A DNA stretch of 64,000 bases, taken from positions 656,964 through 720,963 of the forward strand of contig VJWM01000135.1 of the NCBI GenBank assembly GCA_010909165.1, read 5' to 3'. This document shows, one piece after another, positions 24,929 to 37,700 of this stretch (position 1 is the first letter of the stretch; each line of letters starts with the position of its first letter). Below the pieces are notes generated by a model, which saw nothing but the letters and a program-made list of their open reading frames with translations, was not told the origin of the DNA and did no database searches. The position numbers and the translations under genes were made by a program. The stretch is from Anthoceros angustus. Lineage: Eukaryota; Plantae; Anthocerotophyta.

Positions 24929-25856
24929 ATGTTCACCTTCTCATGGAGGAAGCCTTCTGCGAAAGAGCAGAGAGCTTGTTTGGCTGGCTCCCGGTCGGTG
25001 TCTTCTTTCCTTCCTCACTCTGATCAACCCACATTGCGCAGCTTGTGCAAAATGACGACTATGCTGCTGGGCTTGCAGGTCAGGGGAATTCAACTACGAC
25101 AGCAAGCACGTGGGGGCATCCAGCGACGCCCCATTTTCAGACGGCTACGAGTCGGCGCTGAAGAAAGACGGCTACTCCATCAACCATGCGCGTGTTCAGC
25201 TGGGACGTGGCTCTGAAGCCTTCCTCAGAGCCAGGGAAAACCTACAGAGATGGAGGTGCCTCCATTGTCCACCGCTGTCCTATGTCTGGAGCTCTGCGGA
25301 TGCAAGGGGACTCTAATCCATGCACGTGGAATGCAACGCAGGCATTTTCAATTGGGCTGGGCATCAGTGGACGCGTCCACGCCCATCAAGGTGGGGTCAC
25401 GGTTCTGCGTGTGCAGTCAGGAGCTTTGCACATGGATTCTGAACCCCCTGGAGGTTCTGTATGTGGAAGACTCGAGCTCCCGGGAAAGCAAGGGGCCAGC
25501 TGGGACTGGAGCCAAGCCAGCCACAGCCTTTGCATTTGGAAGCGGCACTCTCAAGGGGCATCTCCTGGTGAGGGTGTCATTCTGTTGTGTAGCAGAAGCT
25601 CATCCAGAGAAGCGAATTCCGTTGGCTGCTAAGCTGCAATGAATTTTACTTTGCGCAGGCGGGGGAAGAGCGCTTTGCTGTGGAGTGGGACGTGGAAGAT
25701 GATCAAGTGTATTTCGACATCTATTCCTTCTCCAAGCCTGCAAACATGCTTGCTACGGTAACGTATCCTATTGTGAAATTCAAGCAGGCTCTGTTTTCGA
25801 AGCACTCAACCGAAGCCATGCGTAAAGCCATGCATATCCATAAAGCGGAAATGTAG
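24929..25856 (+). CDS. UPF0548/DUF1990 family protein (At2g17695-like), 4 exons
   Basis: MFTFSWRKPS, GEFNYDSK, DGYSINHARVQLGRG, WRHFQLGWA, AFGSGTLKGHLL|AGEERF, FSKPA; GT-AG junctions in frame. Confidence 0.9.
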
Positions 25857-28077
25857 TTGTTTGCCTGGTGGACATGTATGCGTGCAGCATGCCCGCAGGG
25901 TGTTTGACGAGTTAGTCACTGAATTGGTGCCTTGGACTGCTCGCTGCGTACGACGAAAATGGGCTAAGTAAGAAAAAGCCAAGAAGGGCTCTCTCTGTAG
26001 CAGGCATGTAGCAAGCATGTAGCAGGCATGTAGCAAGCATGCAGATTATGTGACATTAGTTTGCCTCCTCAAAGCATTTGCTAATACTGGAGCCGTGGAC
26101 CAGGGTAAGCAGCATAATATGCAGATTCAGGGACATTCCATGTGATTGATGCAAGCAGTTCCCCAAATGACACACGGCTCTCACAATGGGGACCAGGTTC
26201 CAAGTCACAGTGAACTGTACGAATTGGGTTGGATATGTACATCGAATTGAGACGACACAATATCGAATTGGGACTCAGACAGCACAACATTGATTTTAGA
26301 CAACACAAGAATCCGGCGCATCGTCAAGCAGCGTCATGTGGGGATTCAGAAAATGGCACTGAAAAGCACCGTCAGACCTCACACTGAGCCACTCGGTTTG
26401 CAATGACATCACTTTACAAAGGAAAAGCACTCTCAACAGCTCACACTGTCACAGTGTAGAACAAGGCCGACGTCCAGCCACAGCGGTAACGGTCTTGCTT
26501 GAATCAGTTTGCACTTATACGTTTCGTCAGCTCATGGGAAAAAGGGCATTGTGTCTTGCCAGGTACCAGGTCACCGTGAGCTTGAAAAATGTTGCTCACA
26601 GTGTTGTGGGTTTCTGGTCTGCGGGATTCTAACCCGTGCCTCTTTGCAAACTCTTGAGGCTAATCCTCTTATCTCTGGACTACAAATGCTAGGTTGATGC
26701 AGGTTGAATCGCGCAAGATCTTCGACAGCTCGAAGCTCGTTCCGCTCGCACCCGACCGTTCTCAGCTATCCTTTTCCTTCACTGCGAGAGGACATAGGTG
26801 GTTGCCTGGGGCAACCTCCCAAACACACCCAGCCTCTGCTCGGCAGTCTAGCTTGTGCAAAAAAAATCAATCAAGGCATCGGCAAATCCTCGCCTTAAGC
26901 TTGTACCTGAATCCCCACTCCGTATAATAGCAAAGAAATCGAATATTCATTTCTACATAAGCACGCAACTCATCGGATTGCAACTCTGCTTCCAATGACC
27001 TGCACAGACAGAAATGGGCAGGCTGACCTGTATTGCCCAGAAGATGCAAGACTGAGTCCAAATGCTCTTTCTCCTTACATGTTGTGCAGCAACTAAGGAG
27101 GAGTGTATACGTCTGCAAACTCGGCACAGACACGATGGGTAATTGTTTCTTGGACAACCCATCTATGTCTGCCAAACCAGATTTCCTGCTCTCGATCGGT
27201 TTGCTGCACACTGACCACCCTGTACTCCTCTTCCAGCGCAACCCTAGGAATTCACACGTGCTGCAGAGGATTCAAGTTCTGATGGTTCGTGCCCCACAGG
27301 ATGATCCAGCTACGAGCCAATTTCGTGCACCCTTTGTACAGGGGGAGCCGCTGCTTTGGACGAAACATAATCTGAAACGAAAGTGGAAAGAGTGAGGGTC
27401 TGAAGACAGCTGACCTATGCACAGGTCCGAGAAAGAGAAGCAAGGCGCTGTCAACCATTTCCTACTCAAATGAAGCAAGCTTAAGCCGCCACTGTAGGAT
27501 ATTTCGTGCACCCCAAGATCAGGTCTCTTCTTTTCAGGTTGGTGCACCGATGAGGGCCCAACAAGTGAAGCGTTCTGTCCGGCTGGCTTCCACCTTTCCT
27601 GCCTTCTGACATTGCCGATGCTCTCAATGAAGAAGCATTTTGTACGAGACCTTTACACACTATCTGAGACTTACATATCTACATAGATCCGAGACATGAC
27701 ACTATCCAGTGAAGTTCCATGCTGGTCTACCGTCGCAGCTCGACTGGTAGCAGATATTGTTGTTGTCACTTGTTGGTTACCGTCGTAAAAGGCAATCTTC
27801 GAGACAGAAGAAGCGTGACCACCGGCTTGATGTGGCACATGTTTTCAGCTGGTAACCACCTTCGATTCCATACATAAGAGTAGGAGCCAGGTAGATACAC
27901 GGGTATCCAAGCTATACAATGCTTCCAAGGGCAGGACAAGAAACAAGTCCAGCAACGTCCTTCCAGTCCCAGGTGAAGAACGACTGCATTGGAATCTACC
28001 TGGACTAATCCTGTGAGCATGGGAGTTGCGCACTAGGAATTTAGGATAAATCTCATACGCTAAACGCAAGAGAGAAA

Positions 28078-30199
28078 CTAATCCAGAGTAAGAAGAGCGC
28101 CCTTGAGTTTCACACCCTTTTCCGTATCATCGCCCCTGGGCACGATGGTGACGAGAAGCCCGGAGGGCTTGTTGAGGCCCAGCAGCTCGAAGTTGGCAGA
28201 GATGGCGAAGCGGACGTTCACTCTGCGGTAGGTGCCAACAGCGCCGCCGAGCTTGCCCTCGGGAATGCTGTTGTAGGAGCCGACGAACTGAGGGATGGAT
28301 TTGGGAGTGGAGGCGTCGGCGCTGGGCAAGTTGATGAAAACGGAGAAAGCCAAAGAGCCTTGGGAGGGCACCTTCACTCCCTCCAGGATGAGAGTCTTCT
28401 CCAGGTCTTGGAAGTCCAGGTCTTTGAGCTCCTGCGGAACACGCTCCGGGGTGACGCGAACGGTGAAGGGCTTGTCCCCGGTGTCGGCATCCTTCCCTTT
28501 GCGCGCCGCTTTAGAGCCGAATTCCGCGAAGTCTTCGGCAGCTCGCTGCGGCTTGGGGACCTTGCGCAGCTTCTGCACAGTGTTGTTGGGGTCCTTGGTG
28601 TAGTCCTGGATCAAAGCCGCTGCCGCGTTCGCGTCCCCGAGCCCGCCGGCAGCGCTCAGCACCGAGCTGTAGGTGAGCCAGGCCTGGTCCTCCTGCACGA
28701 ATGGGTAGTCGTAGCGCAGGTTGTTCTTGTGGTCCAGGACATCGCGCACCCGGATCTTCACCAGCTGCTTCTTCTCGTCGTAGAAGAGGAAGGCTCCGTC
28801 CAGCCACTGGGGGTCCGTGAAGTTGGTCCGGTAGTTGTCACCCCGCGTCCTGCCGTCGGGCAGCTTCACCCTGCGCACAGGCCGGCCCGTGGCCGTCTTG
28901 TCCGACGGCAGATTCTCCCACACCGTCCACAGCCTGTCCACATTCCCGTGGAGGTGGTAGAAGAGCGGGTCCAATCCCGCGGTCGCGAAATTGCCAAGGT
29001 TCTGCGCACGTCATTTGCAGAAAACCCTGGCGTCAATCGTCCACACAATTGCGAATGCAACCAAAGGGGGAATGATGTTGGTGCAGCCATGGCCATATGG
29101 CTGCGTAGCGTACCTCCTTGGTGCTCGGAAATGCCACGGGATCCCCGCCCCAGCGGTGCACTGCGGTGTGAGGGTCTCTCTCCAGAGACCCAGCCTGAAG
29201 GTCGGTGGTGCCATCTACATTGGTGCCATCCGCGAAGATCTTGCCTCCCAGGAAAGCTGTGGAGGACAAGGTGGTGGTGACGCTGTTGTACATGATGGAG
29301 AGGTTGTTGGCGCGCACCTGGTCCGGGTCCGTGTAATCGGTGACGCCATCGAAGCCCAGGTTGAGGATGGGGGCGATGCCGGTGCTGAGGTGCTTGGCAT
29401 TCCGTTTGGGGTCGTAGAGCGCGGAGGATTTGTCTTCGAAGATGGGGGGGATGATGTTGGCATTGGCCCGGATGCTCTGGTTGTCCCAGTTCCAGAACGG
29501 GAGCTTGAAGGAGGGGTCGTCGATGAGGCTGGCGAGGATCCGCTCGTGGAAGTAGAGCTCGGCGCGGTGGAAGGGGAAGAAGTACCAGCCGAAGTGGATC
29601 TGCAAGGTGGTCCCGGGCGCGCCCGCCGGCAAGGGGAAGGCGCCGTTGCAGTAGGAGCAGTGCACCTTGCCCTGCTGGAACAGGCTCCGGGGGTCCTCGT
29701 CCGGGAGCTCCGCCATGCGCTTGTACGCCAGCTTCAGCTTGGCGATGTAGGCCGCGTCCAGCTTGTGCACCGGCTGGCGCGGGAGGATGGGGATCCTGGT
29801 GTCGGCCTTGAAGTTGATGATGGCCGGGGGGGCCGTGTAGCCCGGGGGGCAGCATTCAACCGGGAAGCTCTTGTCCTGGGTCTTGTACGCCGTGGTGCAT
29901 TTGGTGAAGTCGGGTGGCGGGAACGGGCCCGACTCCGGCCCCCCGAGGGCGGACCCCGCGCCCGGCAGCAGGATGCTGCCCGCGGCCAGGGTTCCCGCCA
30001 GCATCTCCCTCCTGCCAGCGCTCCTCCGTCCTCCCCGCTCATCTTCCGCCTCCGCCGTGGCCTTCACCACCACCGGCCTCGGCCTCGGCCTCGGCCTCGG
30101 CCCGCTGAGCCTGCACTTGCCGCTTCCCAGGCCCACCGCTGCATTTGTGGAGAGGCAGCCCGCCAGAACCGAGGCCTGTACGCTTGCAATTGACGCCAT
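28078..30199 (-). CDS. PPO: Polyphenol oxidase (type-3 copper), plastid/thylakoid targeted, exons 30199-29114 and 29001-28078
   Basis: Transit peptide with twin-Arg RREML, CCPP, CuA HCSYCNG...QIHFGWYFFPFHRAELYFHERIL, CuB HTAVH...DPLFYHLHGNVDRLW, and C-terminal DWL- and KFDV-like regions. One 112-bp intron (29002-29113). Confidence 0.96.
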
Positions 30200-31789
30200 C
30201 GCAGGGAACTTGTTCTTCCAAGCCTACACTGAGACACAGCGTCCTGTATACATACATCGCTGGTGCTGGAAGGGGCTCTATGATTGTGGATTTCAATACA
30301 ATTCTTTCGGGACGTCATGCAGATTGTCGGGGGAGTCGATCCCGGATCTGTTGCTTGGATGGCTACGACCGTAACCGTTGGACTACGTGACTACAATACA
30401 ATTCTTCCTCGTGAACGAGAGAGATGGGCAATCCTGATTGGAGCTGTCTCCTCCTGGAGTCCTGTGTCCAATGTGCAATGCACAATGACGTTCCCACTCA
30501 GCGCCACGTCGAACATTTCTGCTCTAACTGGCGGCACTTTCTTCTCCCAGGTGCGATCACGAGGGCTGCTGACCATCTGGTTATGTCACATGTGCCAGCT
30601 CCTGCAATAATGCTCGATGCGTATCCTCGGGGTTGCCGCCGTTGCAGCTGCGAAGGAGCCACATTTGTATGTCGGAAGTAGGACCTACCTTCAATCAATC
30701 AGTGTTTCACTGTGACTGAAGTATGGATGGATACAGTATTGCCTGGTTTCGACTTCATTCCTCTGGAACCTTGCAAGGGATCTTATCTGAAGGTAGATAA
30801 CATAGCCCACCGAAGTCGGAGGTGGGGCGCCGGAGGGGAGAAACCAGATGAGAGGCATCCATGGTTTACGAAGTAGAGCGGGGCGGCACTGGAGCAGTGG
30901 ACATGCGGCAGTGGCTCTCAAGTGTCATATGGATTGGGTGGGGCAACCTCGCCATTCGGAGAACACTGAACGGAGCCTTCACAAGACTGCAAATGACCTT
31001 AAGTAGATTACGTGGCCCGATTCCGGACAGGACCTCGTCAATTCATTCCATATAGCATCTTGCATAATTCTCAACACTCTCAATTTCAGGACCCAGCATT
31101 AGACTCCAAGTAGCCTATCATCAAGTGACGACTCACAGATCACTTCCTCGAGGTGCTGTTCTTTCTTCACTGAATAGGTACACAGCATGTTCTCAAAAGG
31201 GCATCAATTAATTAGTTTTTATCTCTTTTAACGAGCATCTTCTCAATTCGAATGGCTTGCGAATCTATCCAGCTCGCAGGCATCCATTTATGTACATATC
31301 CAGCTTGCACGCATCTGCATGGATGTACGTCGTGGTTCCCAAGCAAATAATCACAGGCACACAGCGGCATGCGCAGCTCAATATCGTTCTCTTTCAACCC
31401 ATAGATTTCATAGCTTTAACAAATTTTATATACTATTATCATTACTATGATACAATTTCTAATAATATTAGATGTGTAATAGTTTCATTGCTCCAATACG
31501 AGTACTCTACGTTCGTTTAATGGTGCGTCTCCGTCGCAAGTGTCACTCTGCTTTCCTAGTGACACTGCTCAGTACAAAACTCGGGAAAGATCAGGACACC
31601 CCATATCAGCGTCCACATCTGTGAACATCAGGTTAGACTACACTCGCTCCACATGTCAAAGTGACTACTGTTACAAATGGGAGACGGGAAGAATGTGGTA
31701 AACTTTGGCTGGCTAGCTACCTGTACACAAATCAAGAGAAGTGTTGTCAGTGCTTCATCCTCAATGGTCCAGAGCAGGGATCTTGAATA

Positions 31790-34700
31790 TTAATACATCC
31801 GTCGCTTGAAATGGTGATCTTCTTCCAACCGCTCCATATTAGCTTCTGCATCTGACAAGTCCGCTTCCAGCTTCGCTAGCTCAGTGTTGCACAGCTCCAG
31901 AAGCCTATCAGCAAGAGGAGGAATGCCAGGATGGCGCCCATCATTGTAGATATGGGCGTTTACTGCAATCTGCTCGACATCTTGTCGAAATTCATCCCGA
32001 CTCTTGTAAGCCAGTTTCCGCACATTCTCCCTAATTTGGGCAAGGTCCATGGGCCGTTTAACATACTGAAGGTAATCAGGAGCCTCCTTCTTACTGACTG
32101 GCTTCAGAAACAAGTAGGCAACGTCTGATTTTCTCAGTCTCTCCACGATCCCTTCTAGAATGTTGGACAACAGCACCTGACAAAGCCACACATGGTTAGA
32201 TCATCTTTCCAGATCTACCTACCACAACTTGAAGGACCCCAGCGATGGTTAGGTCATCCTCCCGTATCTACCAATGCCAAACCAAGTACTCTACAGTTCA
32301 GCTATATTCGATAACAGCACCTAGCAAGTTACACATGGTTAGATAATCCATCCAGATCTACCTACCACAACCTAAAAGAACCCAGAAATGGTTAGATCAT
32401 GCATCCATATCTACTAATGCCAAACCATGTAATCTACAGTTTCTGAACACAGTTCTTACCTCCCCACCACCTTGTCTCTTCCTTTGGCGCTTGGGTTGGA
32501 TATTGGCTTCTGCTGTCTGATCAGCACCTGGTCCTGCATCCGATTGCGACCGCTTCTTCATTCCTCTCACCCTCTCGCGCTCACTGACCTTCGAATCTCT
32601 AACTACCGGGACTCCTCGCCTAGACCTGTTTTCATCCAGCCTCTGTTGTGTCCTTTGTCTTTTCTTCTCCTCCTGTCGTAATGACCTTTCTTGATCTCTC
32701 TGCTCCTCTGATTTCTGCCGTTTTGCTTCCCTTTCCCTTTCAAGCAGTTCTCTCTGCTGCTTCTCTCTTTCTTTCAGCTCTCTCTCCTTTCTTGCTCTGT
32801 CCCATTCCTTCACCTCCCTCTCCCTCCGCTCTCTTTCCTTCCTGTCCCTTTCCCTCTTCTCCTCCTCCCTCTGCTCCTTCTCCCTCTGCTCTTTTTCCCT
32901 CTGCTCTTTCTCCCTCTGTTCTTTTTCCCTCTGCTCCTTCTCCATCTGCTCCCTCTCCCTTTCCATCTCTCTCTCCCTCAACTCCTTCTCCTTCAGCTCC
33001 TTCTCCTTAGCCCGCTCCCTCTCCTTAGCCCGCTCCCGCTCTCTCTCCCTCTCCTTTGCCCGCTCCTTCTCCTTTGCCTTCTCCCTCTCCACCACCTCCT
33101 TCTGCTTCTCTCTCTCTCTTTCAGCTTTCCGCTCCTTTTCCAATTCCAAAGACTTCAGACGAGCGAACTCCTGCTCTTTGGGCATCACCCATTCACTCTC
33201 ACTAACCCTATGCATTTCAACTTCTCCATCTTGATGTGACTGCTGCTCCGATTCATAAGCATGTAGTCTTCCTGTCTCTTTAGCCTGTTGCTGTTCCTGC
33301 TCATGCAAGCGATGGTTCTTCTCCTTCACCTGCCTTTCCTGCTTGGCCTGTGTCACCTTCTGAAGGTTTGGATCCACAGCCCTAACAATCCCCCTATCTA
33401 TGATCTTAAGCTTCTTAGGTTTAGTTTGTTGCTTCTTCACATTTACATGTACTACTTGTGAATCTCCGACCTCGGCTTTTGCCGTGGCTACATCTCCAGC
33501 ATTTTCCAGTTTGTTGCTAGAGCTCATATGACCTGCTTCTTGGTTAACAGGTATTTTGATCTTCAGAGCTGGAAGCTTTTCTATTACCGCATCCTTCTTC
33601 TCCTTTGCCACAGGTTTGAGTTTTGGAATGACAGGTTTGGTAGCCTGAAGCTCATCCATTTTCCTTTTTTTAATCGTCAATTTCGTTCCCTGCCGTTCCA
33701 CAAGGCCCTCTGTAATTGCGGCGTCGGGTTTTGAACCCTTGTCTGCTTCTTCCATGTACAACGGACACTTTTTATTTGTGCGCATGTGTCCAAGCTGATG
33801 TCACACAGAAACACTTCATTAACCCTATGGAGGCAACAAACTCAAATTCGATGCTCCACCTGCAAATCTGTAACCCATGAGACCTATACGGCATACCTGA
33901 CCACATGCCCCACAAATCACAGTCAAGGACGGTCGCGACCCATCTTTTACGGCCTTCTCCTTCAATTTTGCGACTGTGTTCACCTGCTTGTGCAAAAACG
34001 TAGCCCAGACAACACTAATTTCAAGAGCCCTTCCATCATGAGCTTCAAAAGGCAAGAAACATTGTGAACTTGCACGGGAATGAGACTATTGGGACATGCC
34101 CAAGGTGCAGACAATAATCCTCACCTTGTTTACATCTTTGACAACAGTTTTTTTCTTTTCCTTCTTGCCCGTGACAACTGTCTTAGCAACTGCTTTCATT
34201 GCCAGCTTATCTTCTTCTAAACTCCGTTTTTTGGCTTCCGCTGCCATTTTAGCCTTTTTCTGTGCAATATAGTGAGCAACCTACACTCCAGACATTAACA
34301 AAATAAGAGCCTTTCCAAAAAGGGATTGACAGGAACCACGGGACAGAGGAATGATGGGATAGAAATAGACCTTCTTGGGATCCGTTATGATCTCCTCCTT
34401 GAAAATAAATGAGCCATCTGCTTGCATAATTTTTATAGTACGCCTGAGTGTTTGCACTATTTGCTTTTTCTTCTTGGCCCCTTGATTCTGATGTGAAGGC
34501 TCCTCAATTTTATTTTGTACTTTGTCGTGATTAGTTTTTTTCTCAGTTACAGCATTAGGAACCTTTTTCTTCTGTGCATCCTCCTCACCCTCATCGTCTA
34601 CAGTTGCCACCCAGCAACAGATCATCAAAAGCCTTGTCTGAAAGATGTAATATTTCCTGCCTGACAGTTCAGCCACATACCTTCCAAAAGCATGCGTCGA

Positions 34701-37700
34701 AGCTCAGCTGCTTCTGCAGCTTCATCTTCTGCTTCTTCTTCTCTTTGAGCTTCTAGCGCTCGTCGCCGCGACCCTAGTCCTCGCATGCCATCCCTTTTGG
34801 CCCTCTTGGAGGCTTCATCTTCATCATCACCTTCCTCTGCTTCTAGAAGATTCTCCAGATCTCCAACAAAAGTGTCAAGATCGCCATTGGCCTCTCCATC
34901 ACTTTCTGAGTCCTCTCCTTCTGCAAAAGTAAGACTCTGGACCTGCCGATCCCAGACGTCCTGACATTTCTCTCGGGTCTGCTGCTGCAGTTGCAGGAAG
35001 GACATCCGCTGGCCTCGTGCAAACTTGTTGAGCGCTGCTACACCTACTTTTACACCTGAAGCAGCTTGTTCACTAGACAGCTTTCTCACCAATGCTATTC
35101 TGTGCCATCTGGTCATCTTCTCAATCTGCGCCTCTGAAACTTTAAACTTCAACAGAACCTGCATGGACACTAAATCCATCAGAAACTGCTCGCGGTATTT
35201 CCCTCAAGCCGGAAACAGGTTTCCTGAGTAGGAAGTGCAGATGAACATAAGACATAGGATAACATCACCTCACGAGCTGCATCCATGCTCAGGCGTCGGA
35301 GATCAGCATCAGTGCCAGTAACAGCCCCACCTCCCCGTGCCGCAGCTGCTTTTTTCTCTACTAGAGCACCTGAACTGGGTGGCTTAGCAGCCACTCTTAA
35401 GTAGCTGAAACCCAATCCTCTTCCAGAAGGGTCTCCTATTCCAGATATTTCCAATCGTTCAATGGACTGTCGTCCCTGCAAAAACAAATCCCTGATGAGT
35501 CGACTTGACTTTTGCAGTTCTGTGAAAAAGACAAAACTCCCATACCAACAAGCTTTGAAGTTGAAGACGGCAAGCAATTGGGCTTGCCTGTAAGGTGGCG
35601 GAAACAAAATTTGAACTTAAGTTCCAAGGGCTAAACTGCAACTCGCGTTCAATGACTGATGCAGCGGCAAGGACAATTGCATCATCTGGAAGTTGTGCTA
35701 TAGCAGAGGTAAGACCGGTAGGCTGTGTAAGCCTGTGTATCCCTATACGCTTCAAATGATACAAGCCAGCTTGCATGCTTTCATAGCTGCAAACCTGCAT
35801 GCAGGGTCCATATCAAATGCAGTGGGAAAAGGAAGTCAAACAAAGCCTTTTTCTATTGACCCACGACAAGAAAGATCAGGGTAAATGTTTGCTTGTTCGC
35901 GCCCACAGGAGACCCCAACCTACATGTTCTGGAATCACCATGCGACGAAGTTCCTCCTCGGATGGTATACGGAAATTGCGCTTTAGAGTCCAAAACAACT
36001 CACCGCCAGGACCCCTCTGTCACATGGGTCAACGGGATGCCACTCAGAAATAGTCCAAGCTCCCACTGTACAGTGTATTCACTGAAGGATGTTATCATAG
36101 CAAGCAATTTGCCCCATGGAATCAGACATCTCGCAAACCTGTAGATCAGCACAAGTCCTCAAGCGCTTCCGTGTAAACCCTTCAGTCAAAGAGGGGAACT
36201 GAGACAGAAGCTCATCAGCACGGATCCGAGGCAGAGTTCCAGGCTTTTCATTCGCTCGAAACTCCCGATAGACATAGACCAGCAACCGATTGCCAACATA
36301 ATTTTGTACTGCTTTCGATGTTGGAGTCAAGACTTCCATGTGAGGTTCCTACAGCAGGCATTGACCAGAAGGTCAAGTAGGTCAACCAGTTCAATCCACA
36401 GTGTAGCATACACCCGTTGCAGACCTTAAATACAGTAGCTCTCAGTGACGAAAGAATGCAAGATGGCTACACACCTGCTGGCCTACAACATGGGTGCTGT
36501 CAATCCGTCTTAGTGACAGTTTTCCTTTAGCAGAACGAACGAGAAGAAAATCTGTAGGAGCAACCCGGTGAGCAAACACTGGAGCTCGATATAGATTAGT
36601 CTCAAGGCTTGTTTGAGTCTCTCCAGGTTGTATGTCGCCTAGAAAGGGAGAATCTTCAGTTGGCTCTAAAGGAAGAGCAACTCCCACCCAAGAACCCCGT
36701 TCATTTTTCAATGTAAGAGCCGTGGAGTCTGTTGGTGTTTGCTTGCGGTAGTATGTAGATAACCTAGCACCCATACCGACATTCCCAAGCAAAAGAGGTC
36801 GCTCTTCACAGTATCTGAATCAAATCAAACATCAAGTTAAGATTACCTACAAAAGCAGCTCGAAGTCAGAAACTGTCAGTCATTTTGATACTCACTCCAT
36901 CAGTGCCACATGACCATCCTTCACAGACAGCTCTGACTTCTTCTTGAATGCACCAGGTGGTCGCATAGGCTTATTTTCACCAGGCAATCTCTGAGCTTTT
37001 GGCAAAGGATGGACCTTGGAACGAACAAGATGAAGCACAGAATTTGGTGGAACCTCCTGCTCAGCCAACGTCTTGCCACCTTCTAACTCCTTCCCACAGT
37101 ACAGCACCCTTGTTCTTTCAGAGGTCTTCAAGTCTGGAGACGGATAAGGAATATTAGATGTTGACCACGTCAGGGCTGCTGAGTGTAAAGCAGTCCACCA
37201 AATCCCCTAAAACACTTACCCCCCAACTTTTTTGATGCTTTCAACTTAAGGCCCTCCACAGTCTCAGAGGCATCAACCTGAAGCTTGCTACCCTTCCCTC
37301 CAAGAGTCTTAACAATGACTTTCATAGGACCCTTTGCAGCAAGCTTCCCCTGCTCCTTGGCAGCAACTTCATTATGGTGAGGGTACCAGACTGCCTTTGG
37401 GCGGTGAAAGTTCGCCAGGTCTTTGCTGCAAAAGCACTCCACACCACAATGAACAGGGACTCCAAAGAAATTTGGCAAGAGAGGGAAAATCTCAAGGGAT
37501 GGACGTTCGGAAGGAGTGTGCTTACTTCGTCAGTTTCGGCTTCATAGTTTGCAGCCTGATTGCAGGCACAGAATGCATAACCTTCATACCATGTGCAGCA
37601 GCACGCTTTTTGGCATGTGTTTTCTGTTGCTGGGCTGGTTTCTTGGTAGTGTAGAACTTATCATTTGATATGTTAAATCGTGCCATTGCTGATGGGAGTG

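Noticed and set aside
25998-26042. 11-bp tandem repeat AGCA(G/A)GCATGT x4
   Set aside because: Ordinary short tandem repeat downstream of DUF1990; no further structure.
28360-30193. Long ORFs overlapping PPO (28360-29280 +, 28991-30193 +, 28866-29855 -)
   Set aside because: Antisense or off-frame shadows caused by high GC3 in the PPO exons.
7825-30199. SDR + PPO + ABC ATPase as a biosynthetic gene cluster
   Set aside because: The genes are separated by unrelated housekeeping genes and repeats, ABCI10 is a plastid ECF-type ATPase, and no scaffold-forming enzyme is present.
30284-31055. Short ORFs and a DFG tripeptide upstream of PPO suggesting a kinase pseudogene
   Set aside because: No other kinase motifs (HRD, APE, GxGxxG) in collinear order.
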